DNA of 64,000 nt from Moniliella sp. 'wahieum' (GCA_003971905.1 RSEE01000001.1:620001-684000), one strand, 5' to 3'; shown: positions 48,836 to 61,883, counted from the first letter of the stretch. Translations and numbers: made by a program. Notes: a model not told the origin generated them from the letters alone.

Positions 48836-51800
48836 ATGGCGCCTGTTCCCACCCAAGTCGTGTACAGCGACCTTTCTCCGTCCCGTCGCCGCCTCGTGGT
48901 GGTGGGACTCGGAATGGTGGGCATCGCCTTCACTGAGAAGTTGCTCAAGTACGACCTCGAAGGTGGGCGAGATGAGTGGGAGGTTGTGATTGTGGGAGAA
49001 GCCGTACCTGGCGTACAACCGCGTGGGTCTAACTGGCTACTTCAGCAACCGTTCTGTCGACGCTCTCCTGCTCAACTCGCCCGAATGGTACGACTCGCAC
49101 GCCGAGGGCAAGCTGCGGTATCACAGTGGTGTCAAGGCTACCCTTATCGACACGCAGGCCCACCAGGTTCACACTTCCGATGGCCGCACGGAGCCATACG
49201 ATGTTGTGTTTTGGCGACCGGATCCGACGCTGCCTTGCCCCCCTACATCACCCAGCAGCGGCTCATGGCGACTCAGGGGGCGTTTGTCTATCGCAACATT
49301 GCTGATTTGAACAACATGTTGGGGTACGCACAAACTCACGCACCTGTCAAGCGTGCCGCTGTCGTGGGCGGTGGCTGCTCGGACTCGAGGCAGCCAAGGC
49401 TCTTCTGGACCTAGAGGAGGTTGAACAGGTGGTGCTTGTGGAGCGCAATCGCTGGCCATTGAGCCGCCAGCTCGACCAAGAGGGAGGCAATATTGTGCTT
49501 CCAAGGTACGCGAATTGGGGGTGGAAGTACTGCTGCAAGCTCGTGTGCGTGGACTGGTGTTCGCCCCACACGCGTCGGGCAAGGACAAGCTCACCTCGAT
49601 CGAATTGGAGGATGGAACGGACTATGCTCTGGACATGATCGTTTTTGCTGTGGGCATCAAGCCGCGAGACGAGCTGGCGCGGCAGTCGGGACTGCAAGTG
49701 GCCGAACGCGGGGGAGTGGCTGTCAATGCTCAACTACAAACTTCGGCGCCAGATGTGTATGCGGTGGGAGAATGTGCTTCGTGGAATGGCGAGACATGGG
49801 GGCTGATTGCACCGGGCGTGGCCATGGCTGATGTACTGGCGTTCAACCTTACCGAGGGTCCATCGCATTCGATGCGTTCCATGACTACCCCCGATGTCAG
49901 CACCAAGCTCAAGCTAATGGGTGTTGATGTGGCTTCTTTGGAGACTACTTTGCCGACCAAGGAAAGTTTTCCCGCCTCTACCCGTCTGGAGCGGGAGGGG
50001 AAAGCAAACGTCTGCACCGAGGTGAAGGCGTTGACGTATCGTGACCCGTTCGGGGATGTGTACAAAAAGTACATCTTTACCGCGCGATGGCAAGTACTTG
50101 TAGGCGGTATGATGGTGGGCGACGTGGGCGATTACGTCAAGTTGCAAGGGATCAGCTCCAAGCTTAAGCCGCTCGAAATCCCCCCTTCCCAGCTTATGGT
50201 GGGTGCCAAGAAAGAGGGAGAGCGAAGGGGACGACTTGGCCGACGATGATCAGGTTGCTCGTGCCACAACGTTACCAAGGGCGCAATTGTTGCAGCGGTG
50301 GGCAAGGGCTGCCGGAGCATTGGGGAGCTCAAGGCGTCGACAAAAGTCGGCACTGGGTGCGGCGGGTGTTGCCATTAGCCACGTCCATCTTCAATGCGGC
50401 GCTCACGGCTGCCGGAGAGGAGGTGTCGAACAATCTCTGCCCACATTTTGCCTACACGCGGCAAGAGCTTTTCACCATTATCAAGTTCCGTCGCCTGCAA
50501 GACTTTACAGCAGTGATGCATGCTGTGGGCAAAAACCCGACGAGTCTTGGGTGCGAAGTCTGCCGTCCAGCGGTGGGATCGATCATCAGCAGTCTTTACA
50601 ACCCTTTCATCATGTTGCCTGCGGTTCGACAGACTCAAGATACCAACGATCGCTACCTCGGTAACATCCAGCGCGACGGTACCTACTCGGTCGTGCCTCG
50701 CGTGTCAGCGGGAGAGATCACGCCGGCCAAGCTTATCGTACTCGGGGAGGTGGCAAAGAAATATGGACTCTACACCAAGATTACCGGCGGGCAACGGGTT
50801 GATCTGTTCGGGGCCAAGAAGCAGGACTTGCCGCAAATCTGGGAGGAGCTGATCCAAGGAGGATTTGAGACGGGCCATGCTTATGGAAAGTCGTTGCGCA
50901 CGGTGAAGAGTGTGTGGGTTCTACCTGGTGCCGCTATGGAGTGGGCGACTCAGTTGGTCTGGCTGTGGAGTTGGAGGAGCGGTACAAGTCCATTCGTGCT
51001 CCTCACAAACTCAAGGGTGGAGGTACGTGTTCTCGGTTTCATGTGAAGGGGAGCTAAGCTAACGGCCCACGCGCAGTGAGTGGCTGTGTCCGCGAGTGTG
51101 CTGAAGCCCAGTCAAAGGACTTTGGCCTGATTGCAACCCCCAAGGGGTGGAACATTTACCTTGGTGGCAATGGCGGTGCCAAGCCGCGGCATGCTGATCT
51201 GATCGCAGAGAACGTCACACGACACATGGCCGTCAAATCGTCGACCGCTTCATCAGTACGTCGTACAAGTCCCCCCCGTGCTTGGTCAGATGAGTGATGT
51301 ACTTACCCCCAACAAGTTTACTATATTCGGAGTGCAGACAAGCTGCAACGTACAGCACGCTGGGTCGAAACGTTGCCCAAGGGTATGCAAAGTCTCAAAG
51401 AGGTCATTGTCGAGGACAAGCTTGGCATCTGCACCGAATTGGAGCAGGAGATGAACGCCCTTGTGGGTACATTCCATGATGAATGGGCTGAGGTGGTGCG
51501 GGACCCCCAGCGACGCAAGGAGTTTAGCCAATTTGCCAATACAACCGCGACGCAACAGACGTCCGAGTGGATTGAGCAGCGTGGACAAGCCCGACCAGCG
51601 GACTGGCCCGAGGACTCTCCACTCAAGTTCCGGCGGTCGGATGTACTGGCATCGGCTGTGTGGGAGTGGCGTCCACTCGTGGCGCTGAAGGAGCTCAACC
51701 CTCAAGAAAATACACCGACAAGCGTGGTGGTCAAGTATGGCGATGTCCAATTGGCCCTTTGGTCCATTCCCGGTCGCGGGCTGGCTGCGGCGCAGAACAT

Positions 51801-52237
51801 GTGCCCGCATAAGCGTGCATTCGTTCTTGCCGATGGTCTACTGGGCGAAGACGACAAGGGAAGGGCGTACGTCTCGTGCCCGATGCACAAGCGAAACTAT
51901 GTACTGCGTCCTCGGCCCCACCCGGCCAAGAGGGCGACCGGGGAACGTGCTCGGACCCTGACTACAGCATCATGACGTTTGAGGTGCGCGCGACGGAGGA
52001 TGGGATGGTGGAAGTGCGGCTTCCGCCCACCGACGCGCTGGACGCGGTGCTGAGCACGACCAAGTGGATGCTTCGGCGGGCGAGGGACGAGAGCGATGCG
52101 CTGGTCCGCGCGGCGGGGGGGCAGAGTAGTGGGATCGAGATCATTGGCCGGATGGGGGCAATCGCGGGAGCGACCAAGAGCTCAATGGCCGCCGGCCCAT
52201 TGCGTCGTGTGGCGACGGGGCCAACCTGGACTGGTGA
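48836..52237 (+). CDS. niiA: Assimilatory NAD(P)H nitrite reductase (siroheme, BFD-like and Rieske domains)
   Basis: [83 protein letters not shown], Rieske CPHKRAFVL...CPMHKRNY, C-terminal LDW*. Introns near 51024 and 51257. Confidence 0.97.
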
Positions 52238-52687
52238 TGATCGGGGATTAAGATGGTGCCCGTTGGCGGCCCTAGCGTGGGAGCGCGGTGTGGCAGAAGG
52301 ATCTGTGAATTGGATTTTTTGGCTAATGCGCATGGAGGCTGAGGGTGGATCAGGGGTGGCAGATGGCGGATGGTGGATAGTCGGTAGGCGTCTGTGCGAG
52401 GCTAAGGGGGCTAGCAATCTACCGGTAAGGCATCGCTTTAGATCGCGCCTATATCGCCCCTCCCATTGGCGCCGGAAGAGTTGCCGACGCTCGATGCTAA
52501 AACCAACTGCCGCGCCTTGGCAATGCAATGCGCAGGCTCATAAAAGCAGCAGGACCTTGCACATGACCCGGTGATGTGTTTCGGATACGCCGTCTGGCTA
52601 TCGCCCGACACTGCCCTGTCTTCTACTTCCATCAACCTCACAACCCTCTACGCCTCCGCCCGCCGCCCTCCACGGTCACGCCTGGTC

Positions 52688-53252
52688 ATGTGCGACGACA
52701 TCTTCTTCTGTGCGTGGCATCATTGTTGCTCTCTGTATTTCTGGCGATAGCTAACACCCTCCCAAGGCATCCCCATCGTGTTTGGGTGCGATGAGCACCT
52801 GAACCAGACTGACACCACACCCCATGGTACGCCCCATTCGCCACTCCTCTGCGTGCAACTAACCCCGGACTGTATCTCCCCACCCTTCACCCTACTTGAG
52901 TGTGGTACGTTCCGCCGTTCCAGCTCTTTCAACCGCGCATCCGACTAACTCTCTCGTCCTCTCTTCCAGCCCACGATGCCACAACGCTCAGGTCGTCTCG
53001 GCCCAAACACGGAGGTGGTTCACGCTCTGCTGGATTCCTCTGATTGTATGTTCCCACCTCTCATCGCTATTTCTTCCTCATTCTCACCACTTTTCTAGCC
53101 GACATCGTCTTCCAATATCTGGGTGCGGCATTTGTCAATGGCGCGCAGACCAGAACGGGTCTTATCAGCCTCCCTTGGCTGGGGCGATGGGATATGGTGG
53201 ACCAGGTGGGCCGTATGGGGCTCCTCAAGGATACCCGCCCCAGCAGTATTGA
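52688..53252 (+). CDS. Small zinc-ribbon protein (UPF0768/YBL029C-A-like), 5 exons
   Basis: Splicing introns 52710-52766, 52827-52900, 52905-52969 and 53046-53098 gives MCDDIFFCIPIVFGC...HVCPRCHNAQV....RRWFTLCWIPLIP...CGICQW plus a G/Y/P/Q tail (one frameshift needed). Confidence 0.8.
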
Positions 53253-53852
53253 TGGGAGGAGGACTATGGTCTGCTGCTTCCCGATGCAACGTTATGCCAA
53301 CATTGCGGGTTTGGCCGGCTATTTTAATCGGCAGATCAACAGCTTGATGAGGTTGATGGGGCTGAACGTGCTGATGTTCATTAGTGTGCAGCCAAAATGT
53401 TGGTTGTATTGTGCTTTATTTTTATTCTTTCCCCGGTCGTATCTACCGAACACCCTTTCTCACCACTACAAGTTGCTCCTCGGTTGGCCACGGCAGCAAT
53501 ACACCAGACCTCGAAGAACTGGATATCGGGAGGGTCGCCGAGACTTCAGAAGTAGTAAAGCGGTATTCTATAGGAACCGAAGAGGAGTGGAACTCTTCGA
53601 GGGCAACGAACATTCCTATTTCCTACTGTCCCCTAACTATCTTCAAATCCATATATAGCGGGGACAACCATATATCGTCTGTTGTACCCATAATGGTGTA
53701 ATGACGACACTGTCAGGAGTCAAACTGAGATTGATTCAAACTTATAGCCCCCGGTTGACTGGGGGTCTCCATTGCTAGGAAATAATAAGTAACCCTCACC
53801 CTTTGAAGAGGGGAAAAGCTCGTACTAGTAGTAGCGAGAGGACGGCATCGGT

Positions 53853-54599
53853 CTAACGCGTGGTGTATCCACCGTTGGCAAAGATGGTCTGTCCCGTGAT
53901 CCACTGGCCGTCGGTGACGAGGCCCTTAATCAGAGGGGCAATGTCCTTGTGCACATCCGTCAAACGTCCTTCCAGCGCTTGCGACTTGTGGAAGGCGACA
54001 GCCTCGGGCGACTCGGCCGGATAGAAGAAGGGGTGTCCATGGGACCAGGACCCAAAGCATTGACGGAGATGCGACGAGACATCAGTTCCTTGGCTGCAGC
54101 ACGGGTAAAGTGCTCCACCGGCGCCTTGGTCCCAGCATAGGCCGAATAGAACCCAGTGAAGGCGGCCAACAGCGAAGTCACCACCGACACAATCTTGCCG
54201 CCATCCTCCAGCGTCTGGCCGGCCCACTTGATAAAGAAGAAGGCAGCCTTAGTGTTCAGGCGTACATCTCGTCCAACTCGGCTTCAGAATATCCGCAATA
54301 GGCTTCTTCAAGACCTTGCCAACGTTGTTGACGGCAATGTGCACCTTCTGGCCAGGGAATCCACTCTTGGCTTGCTCGAATAACTTCTGACGGACGGCCG
54401 CCTCAGTGCGCAGGTCCGCTTGGTAGATGGCGTGTTTCTGGCCTTGAGCCGTAGAGAGCCCAGAGATGACTTTCTGGGCGGCCTCCGGGTGGGAGTGATA
54501 CGCATAGGCGATGGAAGCGCCCTCCTGAGCCAGCACCTGGGCAGTGGCGGCGCCGAGAGCCCCGCCCGTGATGAGCACGTTCTTGCCAACAAGCGACAT
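53853..54599 (-). CDS. Short-chain dehydrogenase/reductase (PRK12744-like), intronless
   Basis: GKNVLITGG, NNVGKVLKKPI, VTSLLAAFTGFYSAYAGTKAPVEHFTRA (YxxxK), GPGPMDTPFFYP, WITGQTIFANGGYTTR. Frameshifted. Confidence 0.92.
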
Positions 54600-55808
54600 G
54601 ATGGGAGACAGTTAGGTGGTGTAGAGGGTGAGAGGTAGGAGAGAGGAGAGGAGGGTGTGTGGGTGTGGGTGGTGAGGATCAAGACAGGCCAAGAAAAGAA
54701 GAGTTTATATACCTATGCGGGGGACTGCTTCTTGGAGGAGGATTGGCCAGGATTCTTCTCTCTGGGGCCGGTGGTGCTGTGCCAGTGCTGACGGCGGGCA
54801 CTGATGCTGATGGCATCTGCCAATGCCGGGCTGACGCGCTGACAGGCTGACGGGCTGACGGGCTGACGGTGTGTCTCCATTGATGCATTGATGTGGGGCT
54901 GGACGTGGAACACATTGAACGTTGAATGTGTTGAACGTTGAAGACGTCGAAGTTTGAAGAGTGGCCCGTGGAAGGGGGTTAATGTAGCGCGTATTGGCGC
55001 TTATATTATTAGCGCTCTCAGCCATCTCATCATCGACATCATCCGTCATCAATTGCATCAATGCCCATGCATCAACATACGTTCAACGTTCAACGTTCAA
55101 CGTGTTCAACCATCTTCGTTCTCGGCTAGCGTAGAGTAGGCGACAACAGGCGGGAGAGGCGAAGCGCTTGGTGGATGCGGTCGTGGATATTGAGTTACTG
55201 AGTTCGGTAGTGAATATGGAATGCGGCCTAGCTGACGCGTTGCTTCGAGGCATGGCTGACGCGCTGACGTCAGTTGCGTACTCTACCCCGCCATCAGCGC
55301 TGACCATCATGCATCACCCATCAGCTCCATCAGCGCATCAGCCATCGGCGTTGGCTGGCTTGGGCGCCCCGGTAGCTCCAGCACAAGGCCAGTGTGTCAG
55401 CCGTCATCCTGTATCGTCGCCCCGAGTTGCTTGGTTGCTTGGGCGGGTATCTATCGATCATCGGCACTCGGCAAACACTGATAGTGGCTACCACAGTGGA
55501 AGACGCAAGGAGGCCATTGCACTTTCATGATACCCGTCGTTGGTAGTACGCTGATAGCGTTGATAGATGACCGGTGACCGTAGCACACCCTCTGTGGGCG
55601 GAGGCGGGACAAGCGGAACACAAAGCAACGCGGGCCGCGGAAGGCCGGCGTCCAGCCTCGTTCCGCCTCGCCTCCTCCCCCTGGAACCCCACCATCTCCC
55701 TCGACGCACAACGTTGACGCCCAACGTACTCAAACCCAACCCTCGCCACCAGGCTTCCGGTCGCCCCTCTCCGCTCTCGCCCCGCCATCTCAGTAGGCTG
55801 CCTGGAAG

Positions 55809-56157
55809 ATGTCCGAGGCTGCCCTGCAGGCATACCTCATCGTCTTCAAAACCGACGCTCCGGCCTCGGCCATTGCGGACGCGCTGCAATCCACCGCCTC
55901 CCAGGGCGGCGAGGTGATTCGAACGATCGATTCGGGCTACCTACGCGGCTTTGCCGCTCGCCTGACTGCCGCCCAGGCTCAGGCCATGACCCAAGCTACC
56001 ACGGCTGGTGCCCATCGCTACATGTACGTCTTGTCTTGTTTTTTCCCCTTGGCTTGTCCTTGGCTGATGCAGGTTGCATGCTGGTCCGATGCGCTAAACG
56101 GATTCTGGGGGCCTTAGTGCGTACATTGAGCCCGATCAGGACATGGCAATCCAGTAA
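55809..56157 (+). CDS. Stand-alone peptidase inhibitor I9 (Pbi2/POIA1-like)
   Basis: YLIVFK.......I......QGGEV...I...LRGFAA.L; removing intron 56024-56117 restores the typical end IAYIEPDQDMAIQ*. Confidence 0.88.
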
Positions 56158-56180
56158 TCCAATGCACCTCTGTATCCATA

Positions 56181-56489
56181 CCATCCCCATCCCCATTCCC
56201 ATCCCATCCCCATCCCCATCCCATCCCCATCCCCATCCCCATCCCCATCCCCATCCCCATCCCCATCCCCATCCCCATCCCCATCCCCATCCCCATCCCC
56301 TCCCCATCCCCATCCCTCCCCATCCCCATCCCCATCCCCATCCCCATCCCCATCCCCATCCCCATCCCCATCCCCATCCCCATCCCCATCCCATCCCCAT
56401 CCCCATCCCCATCCCCATCCCCATCCCCATCCCCATCCCCATCCCCTCCCCATCCCATCCCCATCCCCATCCCCATCCCCATCCCCATC
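56181..56489. repeat. (CCCCAT)n hexanucleotide microsatellite, ~50 units
   Basis: Read directly from the sequence, with few 1-nt interruptions. Confidence 0.98.
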
Positions 56490-57301
56490 TAGAGTTCAAG
56501 GTGTTATGCGCGGCCCCGGACTGGAGCCCGACTCCCACAAGTTAGGGGTCCCGTTACCCTGGAGGAGGGAGATCACTCCCGATTGATCAAGCCTGAACCT
56601 ATTAGCAGATCCGAATGGAGCCAGAGACGAGATGGAGTCTTTTATCTGGGCTGCGGTCCGCGGGGCAAGGTTGTGACTGCACCGAACGAGCAAGACTAGC
56701 GTGCCTGTAGCCTCCGAACCTAAGCGTCAACGCCATTGGCCCTCCGAAATGAGATCTGAGAAAAGACTAACAAGTGTATACGGAACGTTCCTCACCCTCC
56801 GCTGGGAACGGGACCAGTCAACCAAAAAGAAATGCCCTAAGCAATGAGCGGTTCTCCACCCTCAGCCAGGAATGAGAAGAGCATGAGGAGAGAGAGAGCC
56901 CCGCAACGAAGACGAGACGCGCAGATTAGGAAACAGAAACTAACGCCCGGAATCCGACGCTCAACCAAGAGCCCTCATGTGTCCAGATGTCCCTTGCGTC
57001 TACGACCAAAGCCCAACTAATTCGAGGCCATACAACCATCGGTACGGGCCCAAAAAGCCAATGCACACAGATCTCTTTGGCTGTACAAAAGACATTCTAG
57101 ATCGAGGGGAACTTGCTCTGCTGAGACGAATATAGTATGGAACCTTAAAAAGTCTGTGGCTTTCGATAATCTCAGCTAATGATCCCCGTCACAAGGCAAT
57201 GCCTTCAGTCAGATCTCAGAGCTATCGCTCTCTCGGCTATCAATCCACATCCCAACCATATGCCGTCATGTACGACCCCCCCGCCTAACCCAGCTATCCA
57301 A

Positions 57302-60300
57302 TCAACCCATCAGACTGTCAGTCAATTCGATGAGATTCCGAGGCCTTTTGGTCGATGAGAGGGTCTTGAAAGATGCAAAAAGAAAGAAAGAAAGGTTCCC
57401 TCGTTCCAGCCGTTGGCGCAGTCCCGCGCTCTTCCGAACCCGCTGTTTGTTGGCCTTGGCCCATTGGCGTGGGGGTCGGGGAGGGGTCGGGAACCGGGGC
57501 GGGCGGGTGGTTTGTGCTGTTCGACGACGAACTAGCGACAAAGGATGCTCCAGCAGCATGGCGGCAGTGGGGCGCGCCCGATGGTCCAACTCAAACGTAG
57601 CCTGAAGAAACTGCGAGGCTTGGCCGAAGCATGATCGGGGATTCCGGGGTGCGCCCCGCCCGAACCAATTTTGAACAGCGCCTGCATCTGGTTCAGGCTG
57701 GCCCACGGATGCGTTCCTGTCAACATCTCGACCAGCAAGCACCCAAGGGACCAAATATCGGCCTTGGATGTGTAGGACGTTTGTTTGACTACCTCGGGCG
57801 CCATCCAAAACACGCTGCCTTGCAAAGAGGCACGGTTGTTGGCCTTGCGCCTGCGCCCAGATTCTCCGTCCTCGGGCACCCCCGACACGACCGACTCGAC
57901 TTTTTTCGAGATGCCAAAGTCGGAAATTTTGACCGTGCTGGCAGTGTCGACGAGGATGTTGGCACCCTTGATGTCGCGATGGACAATGGCGCGCTCGTGG
58001 AGGAATTTAAGGCCCTCGAGGATTTGACGGATGAATCGACGGGCGAGGCGCTCGGTAAAAGCGCCATACTCGGACACCACGCGGCCACCGACCCGCCCGG
58101 CACATACTCGAGGAAAATGTTGAGGTGGGTGTCGTCGGCATAGGAATCGAGGTACTGGACAATATGAGGGTGCTTGAGCGTCTTGAGCAGCTCAATTTCC
58201 CGTTCCACACGCACGCAGCTGCCCCACCTTGCGGAAGGCACCATCGCGCTCTGCCCTCCCGCCGCGGCCAAGTCTTTTGACTGCCATACCCGGGCGGAAG
58301 CTCCACTTGCTTCACTGCCATAATCGCCCCGTCCGTTCGTTCATACCCAAAAACACATTGCCAAACGAGCCGGCCCCGATCAACGCCCCCTTGAGCCAGC
58401 GCAACCGGCCATTGGGTTCACCTACACTCACAGTCAGTTCACTTTTTTCATTGCGGGAGCAGAGATCAGAGGGGGGAGGAGGGGGGGGGGGGGCGAACGT
58501 ACCTTCTTGCGAATCGTCGGACAAGTCGTCCAGATTGAACTCGTCCGCTTCCTCCTCTCCTTCGCCTTCCCCGTCGGCGTCTGCCTCGGCATCTCGGTAG
58601 GCGCCTTCGTCATGGGTCTCCGCGCCCTCGCTCTCCTCCTCGGTCGTGTCGAGAAGGGCGCTGGTACGGAACGTACTGGAACTGGCTTCCTTGCTCGCGG
58701 ACTCATCCGACAGGACTCTGGCCACGGCAGCGGCCGTGCCCGTGCTCTCCTCTTCCCCGGATTTGGATTTTGGACGATTTGGACGATTTGGACGGGAGAA
58801 AGGATGGGGATGCGCGCGTCGCTTGCTGCGCGACGAACGCGAAGAACGGACGCTGGACTTGGTCTGCGCACCGACCGAGCCGAACGAAGCGAACGACGGT
58901 CGCCGCTAAGCCCGCGCCCCAGGCTCCGGCCCAGATCTAGGGTGGCATCCACGTTGAGATCCAGGCCTTGTTCCCTCCGCTGCTCCACCTCAAGAGTGAT
59001 TTCGTCGACGGTCAGGAGCGACGCTGCATCGCTGTGTGAGGAGAGGAACGAGGTAGGGCGGACAGTGGAACGGGACACGCTCGAACCGGACCGGGAAATG
59101 GCTGTCCCAGTCTGCAGCGTCAAAGGGTCGGTGGTAAACGCAGAAGGTGGAGGACGGTGGGTAGTGGGGTGTGGGGTGCCCACCAGCTCACCGGCCACCT
59201 GGCCGGCCGGCACGGCATTCCCAGACGACAGCGACAAGGCGGGCAAGGAAGGTATGATGGGGAGCGAGACGGATTCGGATAACACTGGCTGCGATAGCAG
59301 AGGTGACTGCCGAGGTGGGTTGGAGCCCAGCTGGGGGTGCGCAATCTGACTGGACGACATTGGGAAGGGAGCAGAGGAAAGGGAAGCCAAGTTGGTTTCG
59401 CTCCCCGTCGCAGCGTACAGCAAGTGCTGCGCCCAGTCGTCGCCGGAGCAGCGACGGGCGGAAGGAGTGGGAACGTGTCCCCTTCCTCTGCCGTGTCCTC
59501 CCCCGTAGGAGCCAGGCGTCGGTCGCGCCCCATTGAGCTGCGGTACAAGCTTCGGCGAGCCGTCCGTTCCAGCAAGCGCTTTTCAGTGGCTGGGAAATAG
59601 TCGGCAAGGTGAGATGAGATGAGTTCAGAGGGGTCGTTGGCCAGCGAAGTGCTTTTTCTTGTGTCGTGGCACCGGTGCCGGCATAGGGGACGGTGTGGGG
59701 GAGGATGAGGGTACCATAGTCGTTGATAGAGGCAGAAGAGGGGGAGTCATATCGAAAATGTTGAGTGTCTTTTTTCGTCGAAGTCGAGCCTTAGATCCCG
59801 AGGACTGCCGGGTTGCCGACAGCGTCGAAGTCCGCTCTCCAAAGAAGGCTTCCAACTTGCTCATCCCGCGCGGTCGACGGCCCGGTTCAACCCGCGCCCC
59901 CCATGGTCGTATTCGTACTCGTCGGACTCACTCTGAGCGCCTGGGCTAGGGAGAACAGGAGGTACCAGATACGAACCCTGTGGAGAAGGCGACGGGCTGG
60001 GATCACTTCCGCATCCGATAACTCGGGTTGTGGGCTGCGAGTACGAGGGAAGTGCACCAGGGCCTCGTCCTGTGCATGGGGCAGGGCCAGCGTCTCGACC
60101 GAGTCCGCTCGAGGCGGAGGAAGCAAAGCCGAGATGGAGGGTGTGCTTGCCGAACCAGAGGGCGAAGTGAGACAGACAAGCAACAACCCCCGCGCCCGAT
60201 CGTTGACAGGTGCGTTTTGGCACAGCTGCAGTAACTCGTCCGCTTCTAGCAGCCGTGTTTCCCCGTCGACCATAGGGGCAGCCAAACGCCAAAGCTGGTC

Positions 60301-61883
60301 CCGGTGCTCCTCCTCGGCCATTGTCCGAGGCGGGGAAGGCACTAGATACCCATTCCCATGCGCGGGCACACCAAACTTGCGCAGCACGCGCGCCAAAACC
60401 TCCGCCGCATCTCGACAATCTGACACATTTACCATCCGACTCGCCCATCGGCCGAGACAAATTTCATGGTTCGACGTTGTAGATCCTCGAGGGTCGGGTT
60501 TTGGGACGAAGACGAAGTTGAACGAAGTTTGCGGGGCTGGTACGTCCGTAAGACGTAGCCCGATGATAAGGGGGACGTTCCATGGCATCCATACCGGGGG
60601 CAAAAATGGAGTCTGGGCCGAAGTGGGGTGTGGGGCAAGTCATTAGAGATGGTTGCCGGCTGTTGCTGTGGGGGATAGGGAGGATTGAGTCCGTGGTAAA
60701 GCTGCTGGGCCTGCTGTAGCTGCCCCCGAAAGCGGAGTGGAGGAAGAGGGTGGCGAGTGGCTGTACCGCAGTTGCGTGGCACGGGGCAGGCCAATGGCTG
60801 AGAGCCCACGCCGATCCAGGGCGCGAGGAGCTACCGGCTGAAGCGGGGTAGGGGTGGCGCAACGGGGTCCCAGTGGACGAGGTAGGAGTTCCTGTACCAG
60901 TTGCGGCGGTTGTACCAGGGCGGGAAAGGGGATGAGTTGCATTGACGATCGTGTTGTAACGGAGCCAAGTGTAGAGTGAGAGCGTGTCCGTCGCGCTAAG
61001 GGGTAACTAGAGGAACGCAGCGAGGCGATGAAGCTCGGCCCCGAAGCACTTCCGCCCGAAGAGGCACTGCTATCAGTGTGGGCATGATGGCGTCGGCGAG
61101 AGCGGTGGTGTGAGATGATCAGGGGTCAGAGGCAGACGGAACGACGTTTCATTCAGGTGGAGTGGGGGAGGGCGGGAACCAAGGCGCCTGCCACTGAGTC
61201 CGGTGAGGCATTTTTGGAGGAGTAGGCACCCGATCCAGCCGAGTCAAGGGGAGTAAGGGTATCACCGGGTGTAGCGGCCGGGCTTCCTGGAACCGAAGAC
61301 GCAGGTGTCGAAGGGGTCCGGGCCCGGCCGAGATCTGAAACGGAGGGTGCCAAGGGATCGTGGACTTCAGGGCTGTGGGAGACGGACGCAGTGGCTCCTG
61401 ATACTGTGCGATGATTGGCGCTGAAGGATGGGGCGCCGGCCACGGCATATCGGGCGCCAATACTTCAATCGTGTCGTCCCATTGCGGCTGGAAGTGAAGT
61501 GCAGCGCTGTCGGAATCGGAAAGGAGGGTGGTGGCGTGTGGAGGGGTGGGGTACGCGTGGGGACGAGAGGGAGGAGACGGTGCGAGCGTGGGTGTCAAGG
61601 CGGGTGCGGACGCTGAGGTCGCTGCTGCCAGAGCTGGGGCTGCAGAGGGGCGTTGGTAGGGACGTTGGCGCAGGGCATTGATGGCGGCGGCAAGACGCAG
61701 CTCGTCGCCCACACGCGCCACGCCCATCGCACGGAGCGCCGGACGGGTCACGTCACAGAGAACGTCGCCGGTGATGTCGTGGTGTGCAAAGAGGGGGGCA
61801 TAGGAGCCGAGGCTGAGGGCGACGAGCCAGGCACGCACCGCGTCATGACCCCAGGTGCGAACGTCGCCCTGAGGCAGTTCCAT
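57302..61883 (-). CDS. STE11: MAP kinase kinase kinase Ste11 (Ubc4/Kpp4-like)
   Basis: N-terminal SAM domain (W....V.AWL..L.L..Y...F..HDITGDVL), RA domain (TLEDLQRRTMKF...MVNVSDC.DA.EVLARVLRKFG), kinase WLKGALIGAGSFGNVFLGMN, MAVKQVELP, HRDIKGANILVD, RASLQGSVFWMAPEVVKQT. Stop position approximate. Confidence 0.95.

Noticed and set aside
55996..56545. ORFs encoding poly-GW, GM, GD or HP peptides
   Set aside because: They are artefacts of translating the stop-free (CCCCAT)n microsatellite; the I9 gene ends at 56157.
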